In this document: positions 62,780 through 64,000 of the stretch, piece by piece
How positions within the stretch are numbered: position 1 is the first letter of the stretch
Layout: each line of letters starts with the position of its first letter
Assembly (NCBI GenBank): GCA_000708835.1
Contig: DF237405.1
Coordinates: 11,718-75,717, forward strand
DNA length: 64,000 nt
Direction: 5' to 3'
Origin: Klebsormidium nitens
Taxonomy: Eukaryota > Plantae > Klebsormidiophyceae
Translations under genes and position numbers: made by a program
Notes under the pieces: model-generated
Told to the model about the DNA's origin: nothing
The model's database searches: none
The model's input: the letters and a program-made list of their open reading frames with translations, nothing else

Positions 62780-64000
62780 TCGTCAGCTCCCAGTCGGATC
62801 TGCATCTAATAGCCGTCGATATCCTGAAGATGACAAAACAGGCCGTCAGATGAAGAGAACCTTCAGATATTTCACGTATCTTAGTGCCATTCTTTAAGTT
62901 TCATAGATGTTTGTCAAATAAAGCATGGCGCATTCATTCATTCATACTTCTATTATAAGGACCGTAGCTTGCGCCATGGGCCCGAACGGTGTCAACACAG
63001 ATTCCGAGTCGATCGAGTTCGAACATCTTATCTGAGATACTACTTAGCTCTCTAACCTAGCTAAAGCAACGTCTGACACTGTAACTCGGATAATCCACTG
63101 AGCGAAGGAGAAGACTCTACTCTAGGTAGCTGTACCTTGCCAGTGACCTATGGAAGAACCGGTACTAGTAATTATACCAAGGTACTGAACTTGAAGGGCA
63201 GCGCCATGTGTGACTGCTTCGCCAGTGGTGGAGTCCGTTGGTCCGTTGTGGATGAATAGAAGCATGGGGCTAGCAGAGCTATGTAGCAAGTATCTCAGTG
63301 CTTCGTTCGATTTTCAGAAAAACTCGTCGAATCGTGTGCCATGACAAGACCGAGCCGGAACAGTTGCTCAAGATGCGTCTGCCTGCCGGTGAAGCCATCT
63401 GCAGACCTCTTCCGTAGAATATGGCAGGCGGACTCCTGCATCCTCAGCATGAACGCGCAGGGTTTAAGATTTTGGAGGGTCATCTCAAACTATTTGAAGC
63501 ATGCCAAGTCCAAGCGTGAACACCGTTGCTGAGCAGCGGGAACTGCATTGCCCCTATAAAAAGCCTTTCCCGGCACGCCCTATTTTCGCACTGCGTCCGG
63601 CTTTTTGGGAAAGGGAAAATGGTGGCCTAGTGTGCAGCCTTTCCATGCATGTAGCTTCACTAGCGGACATGCAAGGCTTTGGCAAAACTACCAAATACTA
63701 GAGGGTCCTCTAGGAGCTTACCATCCTCTTACACATGAAGTCCAACTATTACTACATAATGTATAGTCGTGTCACGCCAGATTGGCTCCTTGCCATAGCG
63801 TGTCCTGAGCGCGCGCGTGCGCGTATCGCGCCGCCGCCACAGGCTCATAGCCTATGCACGGCCATAGCCTATTCATGTTGGACCCTTCGTTTATTGGGGT
63901 CCATGCATTTTGGCCCCTTTGCATTATTCGCATTTAATGCATGGCGCAACCCTTGACCCCCTCAAGGGGGATACCTTTCGACTTCGCATGCTCCTTCGAC

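Overview
Gene-dense, intron-rich eukaryotic nuclear DNA with GT-AG and some GC-AG introns and GC-rich exons. The gene set mixes land-plant-type genes (ADT, UBC4/5/6-type E2, OBAP, GH17-X8) with centriole genes (SAS-6, CEP120). This fits a flagellate-capable streptophyte green alga such as Klebsormidium, which is an inference only. Fourteen protein-coding genes are well supported, in order: TBL2-like WD40 (5' partial), an intronless degenerate M50/site-2-protease-like ORF, ADT, UBC, D2HGDH, RPL4, CEP120, an orphan membrane protein carrying an oleosin proline knot, WDR12, RPS4, OBAP, a TPR-metallo-beta-lactamase fusion, SAS-6 and a GH17-X8 glucanase. A fifteenth encodes a divergent PIMT-like methyltransferase. 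After about 58.6 kb the DNA is gene-poor, with two MITEs and an unresolved, possibly degenerate gene. The most interesting signals are the proline-knot orphan, the M50 pseudo-protease, the TPR-MBL fusion, a CEP120 lacking its first two C2 domains, a MITE family with a telomere-like core, and an identical 10-mer upstream of both ribosomal-protein genes. No rRNA, tRNA or CRISPR array was seen. All family assignments come from recognising motifs by eye, and no database search was run.
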